Shown here: positions 9,324-17,704 of the stretch, piece by piece | Layout of the letters: each line of letters starts with the position of its first letter | Numbering within the stretch: the first letter of the stretch is position 1 | IMG/VR virus record: IMGVR_UViG_2931133163_000005 | Source of the DNA: a virus | Direction: 5' to 3' (one strand) | DNA: 64,000 bases | The notes under the pieces: generated by a model | Database searches by the model: none | Seen by the model: only the letters and a program-made list of their open reading frames with translations | Told to the model about the DNA's origin: nothing | Position numbers and translations under genes: made by a program

Positions 9324-9826
9324 CGTCCGGCCTCCTCCAGCAACACGGCCGCACGCTCAGACAGGTCCGGGCGGAAGTGCGCGAGGCGCAGCTGCAGCGG
9401 ATCGCGACCGCCGTCGGGCCCGGGGCCGGACAGCGTGTGCAGCGGCTCGTCGAGGATCGCGGCCAGAAGGTCAGCGAGGCGTTCCAGGAGCGGGGCGGTC
9501 GCGTTGGCGACGATGCGCGGGGTCGCGTCAGCAGGATCCGCGCTCTCTCTGAGGCTGGCGAGCAGCTCGGGCGGAACGGGCGCGGATACGCCGGCGTCGA
9601 GTGCCGCGATCCGGCAGACCTCGGCCAGCCGTACATCGAGGCCGATCTGCCGATCACCGGCCGTCGCGCCCCACCAGGCGAGCTCGCCCGTCTTGTTGTC
9701 GGTCCAAGGGGCAATCGTGCAGACGACGGCACCCCCGACCACAAGCTCGATCACCGACTCGTCGGCGGCGATCCGCCAGGAGCCGGTGCGGGCGGCTGAG
9801 GCGACGAGCTGCAGGCCCGGCTTCAT
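9320..9826 (-). CDS. Hypothetical protein
   Basis: ATG at 9826 overlaps the upstream stop. Confidence 0.6.
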   Translation of the reverse strand: MKPGLQLVASAARTGSWRIAADESVIELVVGGAVVCTIAPWTDNKTGELAWWGATAGDRQIGLDVRLAEVCRIAALDAGVSAPVPPELLASLRESADPADATPRIVANATAPLLERLADLLAAILDEPLHTLSGPGPDGGRDPLQLRLAHFRPDLSERAAVLLEEAGR

Positions 9827-10146
9827 CGCGCTGCGTCCTGGGCGAGCCGGATCCGCGCCGGCAGCGGGATCTCGGCGCGACGCAGCTTCGCGGCGTAGGC
9901 GGCGGTGCCCTGCGGGTAGAGGCGGCGCTGCTGGGCGCCAGCGTACTGGTTCGCGCGGGCCACGGCCTTGTGGCAGGGCAGATCGCGCACCCACCTCCAG
10001 ACCGTGGGCTTGCTCACGTCGAGTGCGGCCACGATCGCCGCTTCGGTGGCGCCGGCCGTGCGCATTGCCCGCGCCTTGTCGCGCAGGGCCGCGTAGCTCT
10101 CGCCGGAAACCGGGTGGTGCAGGCGCTCGCGCGAAGGCCAGGCCAT
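9823..10146 (-). CDS. HTH domain protein
   Basis: GATEAAIVAALDVSKPTVWRWV. Confidence 0.7.
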   Translation of the reverse strand: MAWPSRERLHHPVSGESYAALRDKARAMRTAGATEAAIVAALDVSKPTVWRWVRDLPCHKAVARANQYAGAQQRRLYPQGTAAYAAKLRRAEIPLPARIRLAQDAAR

Positions 10147-10430
10147 CAGCGTGGCTCACCCGTCGCGGTCGCTGCGGGCGCCGACGACAGATCGACGATC
10201 GCCTCTGCGGTGTTCGCCAGGGCGACGCGCTGGCTGCGCGGCATGCGGAAGAAGGCGGCGGCGACGCGGGCGCCCTCGGGATCGAGGAGCAGCGCAGCGA
10301 CATGCAGGCTGGGGCTCTGCTCGGCAGCCGTCGGCTCGCGACGCGGGGCGCTGAAGTGCTCGACGGGCACGTGGAGCATCGCGGCGATCTGGGTGAGATA
10401 CGCGGCGGAGCGGGGTGCAGCGGCGCTCAT
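10146..10430 (-). CDS. Hypothetical protein resembling the C-terminal half of XRE regulators
   Basis: LTQIAAMLHVPVEHF...AAAFFRMPRSQRVAL pattern. Confidence 0.5.
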   Translation of the reverse strand: MSAAAPRSAAYLTQIAAMLHVPVEHFSAPRREPTAAEQSPSLHVAALLLDPEGARVAAAFFRMPRSQRVALANTAEAIVDLSSAPAATATGEPR

Positions 10431-10834
10431 CAGGCATGTCCCCGGGTCTGCGGCTGGACATCGCCCTGTTCTTCGATCGCGGGGTTGCGGTTTTCGATCC
10501 CCCGTCGAACACGTTCCGCCAACTTGAACAGCATGGCGCGGGCGAATTTCTTTGCCTCTTCTTGCTCGCCGGCCGTCAGCGAAAGGCTGTGACTGACGAT
10601 GACGTTCGCGATCGCGTTCTCCAGGCGCGACTGGATGTCTTCGAAGGACACTTCCAAGTCCATCAGGTCTGCGCACGGCAGCAGCGCAGCTTCCATGAGG
10701 TCGAGGCAGAGGCGCCGCTCGATTTCGTCGACGGCCCCGTTCGTGGGAATGCGCTCGGACGCCGCCCGAGCCGCGGCCAGGGTACGCGTCAGGCAGTCGC
10801 GCTGCGGCGTGAGGCTCGTCATCGGATGCACCAT
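10430..10834 (-). CDS. Hypothetical protein
   Basis: 134-aa helical ORF. Confidence 0.65.
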   Translation of the reverse strand: MVHPMTSLTPQRDCLTRTLAAARAASERIPTNGAVDEIERRLCLDLMEAALLPCADLMDLEVSFEDIQSRLENAIANVIVSHSLSLTAGEQEEAKKFARAMLFKLAERVRRGIENRNPAIEEQGDVQPQTRGHA

Positions 10835-11055
10835 GGCTGAGAGGAGACAGCGGTCGGAGCCGGCTCGGCGTAGACGAGCCCGTCAGGCGAGCAGTCCTGG
10901 ATCGGGAGCTGCCCCTCGAACTTCACGCGCACGCCCCGGCAACCGGGAACGGGCTGCTGGATGCGGCCGCGGCGGCCGGTGGCGAGCTCGACGACCCACA
11001 GGCCGATGGCGCAGGGCGCGCCGGGGTGGGTCTGTTTGACCAGGTCGTAAGCCAT
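10819..11055 (-). CDS. Hypothetical protein (small SH3-like fold possible)
   Basis: ATG at 11055; GRRGRI...VRVKFEG. Confidence 0.5.
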   Translation of the reverse strand: MAYDLVKQTHPGAPCAIGLWVVELATGRRGRIQQPVPGCRGVRVKFEGQLPIQDCSPDGLVYAEPAPTAVSSQPWCIR

Positions 11056-11432
11056 CACAGACGCTCCGAAGCCGTGGCGGCCGGCGGGGCGGTGATGTCG
11101 AGGCGGCGCTTCCGTCCGGACATGCGGGCCAGCAGGTAGCTGATCTCCTGCAGCGTCTCCGGGCCGAGCCCAGCCTTGCCGGAGTCGAGCAGCCGGTTGG
11201 CCTCGCGCAGGAGCGCCAACAGCATCACGTCGGCCTCGCCGAAAGGGTGATGCGGGCTCCGGCACGGGATGACCGCCACGGAGGGGCCGATCTCCGGATC
11301 CGGAGCTCCGAAGGCCTTCACGACGGCGTCGCACTCGCCGCGCGGGAGGGCGACGGTGGCCAGCATCGTCTGACCAGGCGCGCGCGGGTCGAGATGGGCC
11401 AGCACGCCGAGGAAGGCGGTCGGGCGGCTCAC
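11055..11432 (-). CDS. Hypothetical protein
   Basis: GTG at 11432 overlaps the upstream stop. Confidence 0.55.
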   Translation of the reverse strand: MSRPTAFLGVLAHLDPRAPGQTMLATVALPRGECDAVVKAFGAPDPEIGPSVAVIPCRSPHHPFGEADVMLLALLREANRLLDSGKAGLGPETLQEISYLLARMSGRKRRLDITAPPAATASERL

Positions 11433-11720
11433 GACAGGATCGCCCAGGCGTAGGCGCCGAAGGCGGCGAGCACGGCGATCGCCACGACGTCGCGGGCGTG
11501 GCCGAGCGCCTGGATCCAGGGTCGGTCGGAGGCCGCCAGCTCGACGTAGGTCGGGACGAGGGCCATCGCCTCGGAGAGGTGCGCCTCGACGTCTTCGGCC
11601 AGGAACTCGGCCTTGAGCGCCGCGGCGGCCAGCGCCGGGCTGATGCGGGTGACGGGGTCGAGGCGGGCGAGCCGGCGCCGCCATCGGGATCGTGGTCGGG
11701 ATAAGGGTACGCTGGATCAC
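11429..11720 (-). pseudogene. Small membrane protein gene with an apparent +1 frameshift near 11684
   Basis: Start frame MIQRTLIPTTIP; the +1 frame continues WRRRLARLDPV...VAIAVLAAFGAYAWAILS* and has no start codon of its own. Confidence 0.45.
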
Positions 11721-12250
11721 TGGCCGGGCTCCTCTGTGTGGCGGTCCGCGTAGGCGCGGCCGGTGGCTCCGAGAGAGGCGCGCTCCTCGGGGGTGAGCGG
11801 TGTCGGCACCCCGTTGCGGCCCCAGCCGAACACGGTGCGGAACGGGACGACGGAGAGCGCGTGACGCTCCAGGCCGTTGGCCCAGTCGGCGATCGCCGTG
11901 GCCGGCGTGCCGGGGAGGCGCGCGTAGGTGCTGGTGGTAACCGTGCCGTCGCGGGCGACGTCGATCAGCACGACCGCCTGCGCGTCGAGGTCGAGGCCGA
12001 CGGCGGCCGCGCAGTTGATCCGGAGCTTGCTGCGGTCAGTGGGACGCTCGGTCAGGTCGGGCACGGCCGCCGCGGCCGCATCGAGCGCCGCCCGGGCATC
12101 CTCCACCACCTCGTCGAAGAGCTTGGTGGGCAGGATGTCGAGGACGTTGACGATGGCGGTCGCGCCATGGCCGCGGGCGGCGCGGTTGTTGGCGATCGCG
12201 GCAGCGGCCTCGCGTAGGCGGGCCGGGAGCAGATGCGCGGCGTTGCTCAC
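11717..12250 (-). CDS. Hypothetical protein
   Basis: 177-aa coupled ORF. Confidence 0.7.
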   Translation of the reverse strand: MSNAAHLLPARLREAAAAIANNRAARGHGATAIVNVLDILPTKLFDEVVEDARAALDAAAAAVPDLTERPTDRSKLRINCAAAVGLDLDAQAVVLIDVARDGTVTTSTYARLPGTPATAIADWANGLERHALSVVPFRTVFGWGRNGVPTPLTPEERASLGATGRAYADRHTEEPGQ

Positions 12251-12534
12251 GAGATCACTCCCACGGGCACGGGGTCGTAGGCGGGCAACTCTGCGTGGTG
12301 GACGAGCGTGAGGCCGGAGGCGGTGCGGGCGAGGACGGCGCCGGAGGCGTGGAGGTCGAGGGCCGTGACACGGCGCCGGAAGGCGCGGGCGGCGGGATGA
12401 TCCGGGTGCAACAGGCTCAGGCCGCCCGGCAGGCGATCGAGCCAGTCGATCACTCGGACCGTCTCTCCTGTCCGCGACTGTTGGTGAGGAACGACGCGGC
12501 GGCCGGCGAGCGGGTGCTCTTTGGCGTGGGGCAT
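12247..12534 (-). CDS. Hypothetical protein
   Basis: 95-aa coupled ORF. Confidence 0.6.
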   Translation of the reverse strand: MPHAKEHPLAGRRVVPHQQSRTGETVRVIDWLDRLPGGLSLLHPDHPAARAFRRRVTALDLHASGAVLARTASGLTLVHHAELPAYDPVPVGVIS

Positions 12535-12535
12535 G

Positions 12536-13018
12536 TCAGGCGGCCTCCCCGTAGCGACGATGAGCCCGGGCTCCGTCCTCCAGGACGGCGTCGATCAGGC
12601 CGTCCCGGGCGACGGTCTCAACGATGCGGCGGGCGAGCTCGCCGGCGCGGATCCCGCGCGCGGCCGCAGCCAGGCGCAGGCCCTCGGCGATCGCCGGCGC
12701 GACCCGCAGCTCGGCGCTCTCGACGTCGATCCGCCGGGCGTCGAGGAACAGCTCGCGCTGCTCGGCCGGATCGGCGCGGTGAAACACGTGGGTCAGGGCG
12801 ATCCAGCCGTGATTGCGGACCAGCACCATCGGGCCCGTCTTGCCGGCACAGCGCGCAGGCGCCTCGACTTCGGTCGCCACCGGCTGACCGTCCCGGTACT
12901 GGCCGACCCACACCAGGATCGGCGCGCCGACCGGATAGGCGGCGTTGAAGGCGGCCACGCGGGCCTGACGGAGCGTCGGGTTCGGGCCGGGCGTGAGGGT
13001 CGGGCGCGGGCGAGCCAT
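12536..13018 (-). CDS. Hypothetical protein
   Basis: 160-aa ORF in the operon. Confidence 0.65.
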   Translation of the reverse strand: MARPRPTLTPGPNPTLRQARVAAFNAAYPVGAPILVWVGQYRDGQPVATEVEAPARCAGKTGPMVLVRNHGWIALTHVFHRADPAEQRELFLDARRIDVESAELRVAPAIAEGLRLAAAARGIRAGELARRIVETVARDGLIDAVLEDGARAHRRYGEAA

Positions 13019-13019
13019 G

Positions 13020-13292
13020 TCAGACCCTCCCCGCGCGGCGCAGGACCTGGCCGCCCGGGCGCCAGGCCTCGAAGACGACGGCCAGATGCGCCGCGCACCA
13101 GCTGCTGGGCTTGCCGCTGACGCGGGGCGCGATGGGGCGCCCGCAGAAGCGGTGCGCGCCGCCGTGGCTCGAGCACGGGAAGCGGCACTGTCCGTCCTTC
13201 AGCTCCAGGCAGGCGAAGGTGCCGAAGGCGGGCAGCGGCGGCGCGGCAGGAGCCGGTTCGGGCGCGGGCTGCTGGCGGGCGCGGGCGGCCAT
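13020..13292 (-). CDS. gcrA: GcrA-family (C-terminal Cys/His domain) protein
   Basis: LELKDGQCRFP....HRFCGRP......SWCAAHLAVVF matches the GcrA motif LLELxxxxCRWP..FCG..YCxxH. Confidence 0.75.
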   Translation of the reverse strand: MAARARQQPAPEPAPAAPPLPAFGTFACLELKDGQCRFPCSSHGGAHRFCGRPIAPRVSGKPSSWCAAHLAVVFEAWRPGGQVLRRAGRV

Positions 13293-13293
13293 G

Positions 13294-13638
13294 TCAGCGG
13301 CCCTCCGCCTTGGCGACGGCGGCTTTGCTGTGCACCAAGACGACAGCGATCGGCACTTCGGCGACCGCCTCGCCGTTCATGCGGAGCACGACCTTGGTCC
13401 GGTCCGTGTCCACGTCGACAGCGTTGATGAGGAACTCGGCGAGACCGAGCATGCCCTTGAGCCGGACGAGCATCTCGGGCGCCGCCGCGACCAGCGCTCC
13501 GTGAGCTTGGGCCCGCTCTCGCGAGAACAGCCCATGATGATCGCAGTCGACCACGAGGCGGCCGTCGGCGTCGAACACCATCTCGGGACGCGCGCTGTCC
13601 TGGTGCCAGGGCGTGCGGGAGTGCTCGGCCGCCATCAC
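13294..13638 (-). CDS. Hypothetical phage protein
   Basis: TPW...ALVAAAPEML motif common in phage early proteins. Confidence 0.65.
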   Translation of the reverse strand: MMAAEHSRTPWHQDSARPEMVFDADGRLVVDCDHHGLFSRERAQAHGALVAAAPEMLVRLKGMLGLAEFLINAVDVDTDRTKVVLRMNGEAVAEVPIAVVLVHSKAAVAKAEGR

Positions 13639-14051
13639 AGGTCCCTCACGTCGATCGAGCTGAGGCGGGAGCGGACGGCGCCGGTGTCCCGGTCACGGGT
13701 GAGGCCGTCGAGGCCCCTGCTCACCCGGTCGAAGCGGCCGCCGGCCATCGGCTTGCGGGGCGCGCGCAGGCGATGGTGCGCGTCGTAGGCGCGGCGGGTG
13801 TCGGCGATCGCGGTCTGATCGGCCGCCGTCTTGGCGCGATCACAGTCCTTGCAGAGGACCTGGCAGTTATCGAGCGTGGCCCGGCCGCCGTGAAAGTCCG
13901 TGACGACGTGGTCGAAAACGTACTGGCTGGCCTGGAGCACCGCCTCGCAGCGGAGACCGGTCGGAAGCACGCCCTCGCACCGGCCGGCAGCACGCGCGAG
14001 AGCGGCCTTGCGGACGTCTGTCGGGAAGTTGGTACGGCGGCGGGCGGCCAT
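13635..14051 (-). CDS. HNH endonuclease; first gene of the leftward operon
   Basis: GRCEG..C..FDHVVTDFHGGRATLDNCQVLCKDCDRAKT; GGAG RBS before the ATG at 14051. Confidence 0.9.
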   Translation of the reverse strand: MAARRRTNFPTDVRKAALARAAGRCEGVLPTGLRCEAVLQASQYVFDHVVTDFHGGRATLDNCQVLCKDCDRAKTAADQTAIADTRRAYDAHHRLRAPRKPMAGGRFDRVSRGLDGLTRDRDTGAVRSRLSSIDVRDL

Positions 14052-14081
14052 GGGCGACTCCATCGCGAAGGGCGATGACAC

Positions 14082-14168
14082 ATCCTCCCCAAAACGGGGA
14101 ACATCGTCAACCCCGTTATGGGGAATTTCGGCGCGATGGCTTTTCAACAGCTATCCACAGCCTGGGGA
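14082..14168 (-). promoter_or_regulatory. PL-like promoter with three repressor operators
   Basis: TTGACG on the minus strand at 14105-14110; operators TCCCC-AAAAC-GGGGA 14086-14100, ACCCC-GTTAT-GGGGA 14110-14124, TCCAC-AGCCT-GGGGA 14154-14168. Confidence 0.8.
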
Positions 14169-14182
14169 GAACATGGAATTTC

Positions 14183-14197
14183 GTTCTTGCTTTGTTC
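14183..14197 (+). promoter_or_regulatory. Alphaproteobacterial LexA (SOS) box
   Basis: GTTC-TTGCTTT-GTTC, a perfect GTTC-N7-GTTC, 46 nt upstream of the ORF at 14244. Confidence 0.75.
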
Positions 14198-14243
14198 CCA
14201 TAACGGCGGTCGGATGGGCCCAACGCAGAGTTGAGGAGCGTCT

Positions 14244-14510
14244 ATGCCCCTGAAGCCAATCGTCGCCTACGGAGTGCAGTTGTTCGTCCTGCTGAAGGGC
14301 AGGCTTGCCCAGGGACGCTACATCGAATGCAACGGTGTCTCAGACGCCTGTAAAATTGCCGAGGAGAAGGTAAGAACTGGGCGTGCTGTCGGCGCGGCAG
14401 CCTTCACACGAACGGTTGTAGATCCGGACTTCGACGACGGCTCCGACCCGATCACGCTGGCGATCTTCGGAAAGGTCCCGCCTGGACTGGCAGACCAGCT
14501 TCCGTTCTAG
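14244..14510 (+). CDS. Small hypothetical protein, probably SOS-inducible
   Basis: GAGGAG RBS; upstream LexA box; GAAAFTR..DP..DD...LAIFGKVP C-terminus. Confidence 0.75.
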   Translation: MPLKPIVAYGVQLFVLLKGRLAQGRYIECNGVSDACKIAEEKVRTGRAVGAAAFTRTVVDPDFDDGSDPITLAIFGKVPPGLADQLPF

Positions 14511-14525
14511 CTCCGCAACACCCGA

Positions 14526-15068
14526 TCAGAAGGGGCGCTTCGGCTTGGCCGGCTGGCAGAAATTCTGCTGGATGAAGGCCGTTGCGCGAAGCACCTTTCG
14601 CGTCTCGTTGATGCCGCTGACGGGTGTTTCAATCGCGTTCCAACACCGCAGGCCGGCGTTGTCTTTCATGCACCACGCCGCTTCTCCTTCTAAAAGGAGG
14701 CTTGGCGTCAGGTTGTATCGGGGCGTCGAGGTCCGATACTCGCCTGTCAGCTGCGAAAAATTGTACTGCTGGACAACAGGATTGCTGTCGTTGAGCTTTC
14801 TGGACTGGAAAGAGCAGTCCCGGCCCGGCATCCGCTGAAGCTGAAGGATGAAGTTGCCGGGCATCTCGACGAGCACGGTACTGTCGTCGACCCGCGTGAA
14901 CGTTTCCTGCCCTTGGTACGGGTAGAGGACGCTCGCAACCGCATCGATCAGGCCGGGGCTGTCGAGGTTGAGTCCGTGTCCGTCCTTGGCAGAGGCACGT
15001 GCCGTCCAGCCGAACGCCATCAAGGCGATGATCGCCGCTGCGGCGTATCGCGTCACGGGCGCCTCCAC
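14526..15068 (-). CDS. Exported hypothetical protein downstream of cI
   Basis: Signal-peptide-like TRYAAAAIIALMAFGWTARASA; four Cys; visibly lower GC; overlaps the cI stop. Confidence 0.7.
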   Translation of the reverse strand: MEAPVTRYAAAAIIALMAFGWTARASAKDGHGLNLDSPGLIDAVASVLYPYQGQETFTRVDDSTVLVEMPGNFILQLQRMPGRDCSFQSRKLNDSNPVVQQYNFSQLTGEYRTSTPRYNLTPSLLLEGEAAWCMKDNAGLRCWNAIETPVSGINETRKVLRATAFIQQNFCQPAKPKRPF

Positions 15069-15832
15069 CGTTGGACCTGCCGAACCGCGCTGGCAACGAA
15101 GGCAACAATCTCCGCTTCGATCCCGCCGCCCTCTTCCTCCAGGAAGAACTCCAGTGGTGTCAGCCCTTTCGGGATGATGATCGGCTTCTGCCAGCGCTCA
15201 TGATCCGAGTCGGGCCAGAGTTCGACGTGTGTGTCCGTTCGCAGGTAGCGCTTGGCCGTGCGCTGTCGCAGCAGGCCGGCGTTCCGGCGCAGTTCGACGA
15301 TGACGAGATCGCCGTCCTTCGGCCGATAGCGGGTCGGGATAGCGGAGATGCAGACGAGCACGTCGCCATCGGCCGCGAAGCGGTTGATCGACTCACCCCG
15401 CACGACCAGGCCGTACTGGTGCTCCGACGGCCAGCGGGGATCTGAGCGAACGGGAACAGGATCGAACGCAGGCTCGTCCACAAAATCGTCGATCTCGATC
15501 CAGCGCCCAGCCGCAACCTCGCCAACCACCGAAAGAAGGTCTTCGTCCCTCTCTGCGGTAGCGGCTCGCGCGCGCTCCAGCAGCACATCCTCAAATTTCG
15601 GCGTGGTTGCAGAGGTGATGTCAGCCAGGACGTCGCTGATCTCCGAGGGCTGCACTTTGAAAATTTCGGCAGCTTTGGCGATCCGCTCGGCTTTGAGCCC
15701 TCGATCGCCGTCCTCAATCTTGATGTAGCCGCCCTTTGACATGCCGAAGGCCGCCGCAGCCTGCTCCTGCGTCATGCCGGACGCCTCGCGCAGACGTTTC
15801 AGATTGTTCCGTGGGCGGCCTATTTTCCCCAT
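15053..15832 (-). CDS. cI: CI-like repressor (XRE HTH + S24 peptidase domain)
   Basis: LKRLREASGMTQEQAAAAFGMSKGGYIKIEDG HTH; VVGEVAAG cleavage site; RGES (Ser) and TAKRY (Lys) catalytic motifs; start at 15832. Confidence 0.92.
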   Translation of the reverse strand: MGKIGRPRNNLKRLREASGMTQEQAAAAFGMSKGGYIKIEDGDRGLKAERIAKAAEIFKVQPSEISDVLADITSATTPKFEDVLLERARAATAERDEDLLSVVGEVAAGRWIEIDDFVDEPAFDPVPVRSDPRWPSEHQYGLVVRGESINRFAADGDVLVCISAIPTRYRPKDGDLVIVELRRNAGLLRQRTAKRYLRTDTHVELWPDSDHERWQKPIIIPKGLTPLEFFLEEEGGGIEAEIVAFVASAVRQVQRWRRP

Positions 15833-15922
15833 AGCGGGGACAATCGCCGAACCGCGTTCGCGCGTCGCTCCCCATGTTGGGACAGAGTCCTCTTGACGTA
15901 GATCCCCGAATTGGGGAATCGT
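15826..15922 (+). promoter_or_regulatory. OR/PR control region
   Basis: Operators TCCCC-ATAGC-GGGGA 15826-15840 and TCCCC-GAATT-GGGGA 15903-15917; imperfect site 15869-15883; TTGACG at 15893-15898. Confidence 0.8.
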
Positions 15923-15929
15923 CTGGCCC

Positions 15930-16175
15930 ATGCGGTTGCTCGACTACATGCGAGAGGAAGGACTCGACGACGAGGCGTTCGCCGAACGCCTCGGCGAGTG
16001 CGGTCCGTACGCCGTGAAAAAGTGGAAGTACGGCGAGCGCGAGCCCGACGCCTCGACGATCGTCCGTATCGAGAGGGCGACCGGAGGCCGTGTCGGTCTG
16101 TCCGATTGGGCGGCCCAGTCCGATGCCCGAAGGGCCAAGCGCTTGGCCGTTCCCACCGAGGGAGCTGCCGCCTGA
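15930..16175 (+). CDS. cro: Cro/YdaS-like HTH repressor
   Basis: LLDYMREEGLDDEAFAERLG...AVKKWKYGEREP...IERATGGRVGLSDW; divergent from cI. Confidence 0.85.
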   Translation: MRLLDYMREEGLDDEAFAERLGECGPYAVKKWKYGEREPDASTIVRIERATGGRVGLSDWAAQSDARRAKRLAVPTEGAAA

Positions 16176-16645
16176 TGTCCAACGAGAAGATGAAGCTCCC
16201 GTCCGGCGAGCAATCGTGGTCCAAAACCGAGACGACGATCGCGCAAGCGGCCATCGAGGAGCCGGCAGACGACACGCTCTTGCGTCCGGCCCGACGCGGC
16301 GTCGGCCGCGTAGTCCGCGCCGAGATGGTTCACCACTATCGGCGGGCGCTGGTGGTCCATATCCGACCGTCCCGGCTCGACGTAGCGCTGACGCAATCCT
16401 TTCATCGGTTCGACCGCCGCGCTCCCTTCCAGGAGGCGACGACCATCGGCATGTCGCCGGGCGAGGCACGCCGGATCGGCGAGTTGCTGATCGCGGCGGC
16501 CGACGAGGCTGACGCGGTCAATGAGACGAGCGAAGCGCCCACACCAGCCGCCCGAGCCGAGGGGTGCGCTCAGATCGTCGGGCCGGACGAGCGCGTCGCC
16601 GGAGTGGAGATCGCCAACGCCGTCCTCCGTCAGGTGGAGGGCTAG
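16175..16645 (+). CDS. Hypothetical protein
   Basis: TGATG overlap with cro. Confidence 0.6.
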   Translation: MSNEKMKLPSGEQSWSKTETTIAQAAIEEPADDTLLRPARRGVGRVVRAEMVHHYRRALVVHIRPSRLDVALTQSFHRFDRRAPFQEATTIGMSPGEARRIGELLIAAADEADAVNETSEAPTPAARAEGCAQIVGPDERVAGVEIANAVLRQVEG

Positions 16646-16887
16646 GCCTTGGGCGCCTGGACGATCGCATCGATGGCGGCATGCGCTTCCCGAAAGAAGT
16701 CGCCGCCGATGGAGATGGCCTTCTCGGCATCGGACAGGCGTGCGTGCGCGCGCTCGAAGACTTTGGTGCGGGCGCCGGGAAGGATGTCGTCCAGCACGTC
16801 GAGGATCGCCCGTCTGACCATGTCCTCGGCAGTCAATCGCGCTGGCGATCCGATCGGGGCAAAGTCGTCGCTCATTCTCAGCTCCAT
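16642..16887 (-). CDS. Small counter-oriented hypothetical protein
   Basis: 81-aa helical ORF with GGAGGT RBS; its stop overlaps the stop of 16175..16645. Confidence 0.6.
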   Translation of the reverse strand: MELRMSDDFAPIGSPARLTAEDMVRRAILDVLDDILPGARTKVFERAHARLSDAEKAISIGGDFFREAHAAIDAIVQAPKA

Positions 16888-17128
16888 GGTGACTAGACAC
16901 CTCCATGGTAGCCGGCCGGGTGAGGCTGTCGAGCTTCGCGCTCATGGCCTCACCCGCGCTTGGCCGATCTCGTCGACCGGGAGCGCGGCATGATGCGCAA
17001 GCTCTCGGCCTCCGAGCTCGTCTCCCAGCACCTGCCGGGGCTCTCGACCAACGGCGCCGCCATCACGGTGACGTTCGCCGATCGGGCTGTGTCGCAGGCG
17101 TTCTTCGACGCACTGCTGATGGACCGCC

Positions 17129-17704
17129 ATGCCGGATACGTGCGGCGCGCCAACGAAACGGCCCCAAAGTCCGGGGAAGGGCATCCCGCACGGCGCGACG
17201 CGGCTGATCCGCTCGATCGACCTCAAGGTCGGGCCGGAGCCGAGCCGCGCCGTGCTCGAACTGGTGGACGGCGAGCAACGCGCGCATCGCTTCTTCGTCA
17301 CCGTCAGCGACCTGCAAGAGCTCGCGACGATCTCTCTCGTCGCGCGTCGACAGGGCGGCTTCGTTGCCCAGTTCAGCCCGTGCGAGGGGGAGTCCTCGAT
17401 CGTCTATCGTGGCCCGCAGAACCAGGGCCGGACCGACCACCCACGTGCCGAGCCCCTTGATCAGTTCTTCAAGGGCGGCGCGATCGAGCGGCGTCTCTTC
17501 GACGTCGAGAGCAGCGTCAGGATCCAGCGTCGGCGCGTCAACGCGCTGATGGCCACCTACGTCGAGCGGGCACGGCTGCCAAATGGCCGTGTCCCCGCCA
17601 GCTGCTGCCAGCGCTGCGGCGCGCCGATCGGCTACCTCGGCCGCGCCTTCGAGGCGGTCGGCGTGGCGCACCATGTCTGCCGTGCCGAGCGGGAGAAGGC
17701 GTAG
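17129..17704 (+). CDS. Hypothetical protein (start uncertain)
   Basis: C-terminal CCQRCG..HHVC; abuts the next ATG; overlapped by an upstream ORF starting at 16990. Confidence 0.5.
   Translation: MPDTCGAPTKRPQSPGKGIPHGATRLIRSIDLKVGPEPSRAVLELVDGEQRAHRFFVTVSDLQELATISLVARRQGGFVAQFSPCEGESSIVYRGPQNQGRTDHPRAEPLDQFFKGGAIERRLFDVESSVRIQRRRVNALMATYVERARLPNGRVPASCCQRCGAPIGYLGRAFEAVGVAHHVCRAEREKA

Noticed and set aside
15869-15883. TCCCCATGTTGGGAC as a perfect operator
   Set aside because: The right half is one G short; kept only as a weak middle site.
15833-15931. N-terminal 33 aa of the cI ORF in the track
   Set aside because: Overlaps the operators, PR and the cro start; the ATG at 15832 gives a normal HTH start.
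16960-17460. Separate 166-aa gene overlapping 17129..17704
   Set aside because: Its C-terminal two-thirds is Arg/Pro-rich shadow sequence; only the first ~50 codons may be real, and the boundary cannot be resolved.
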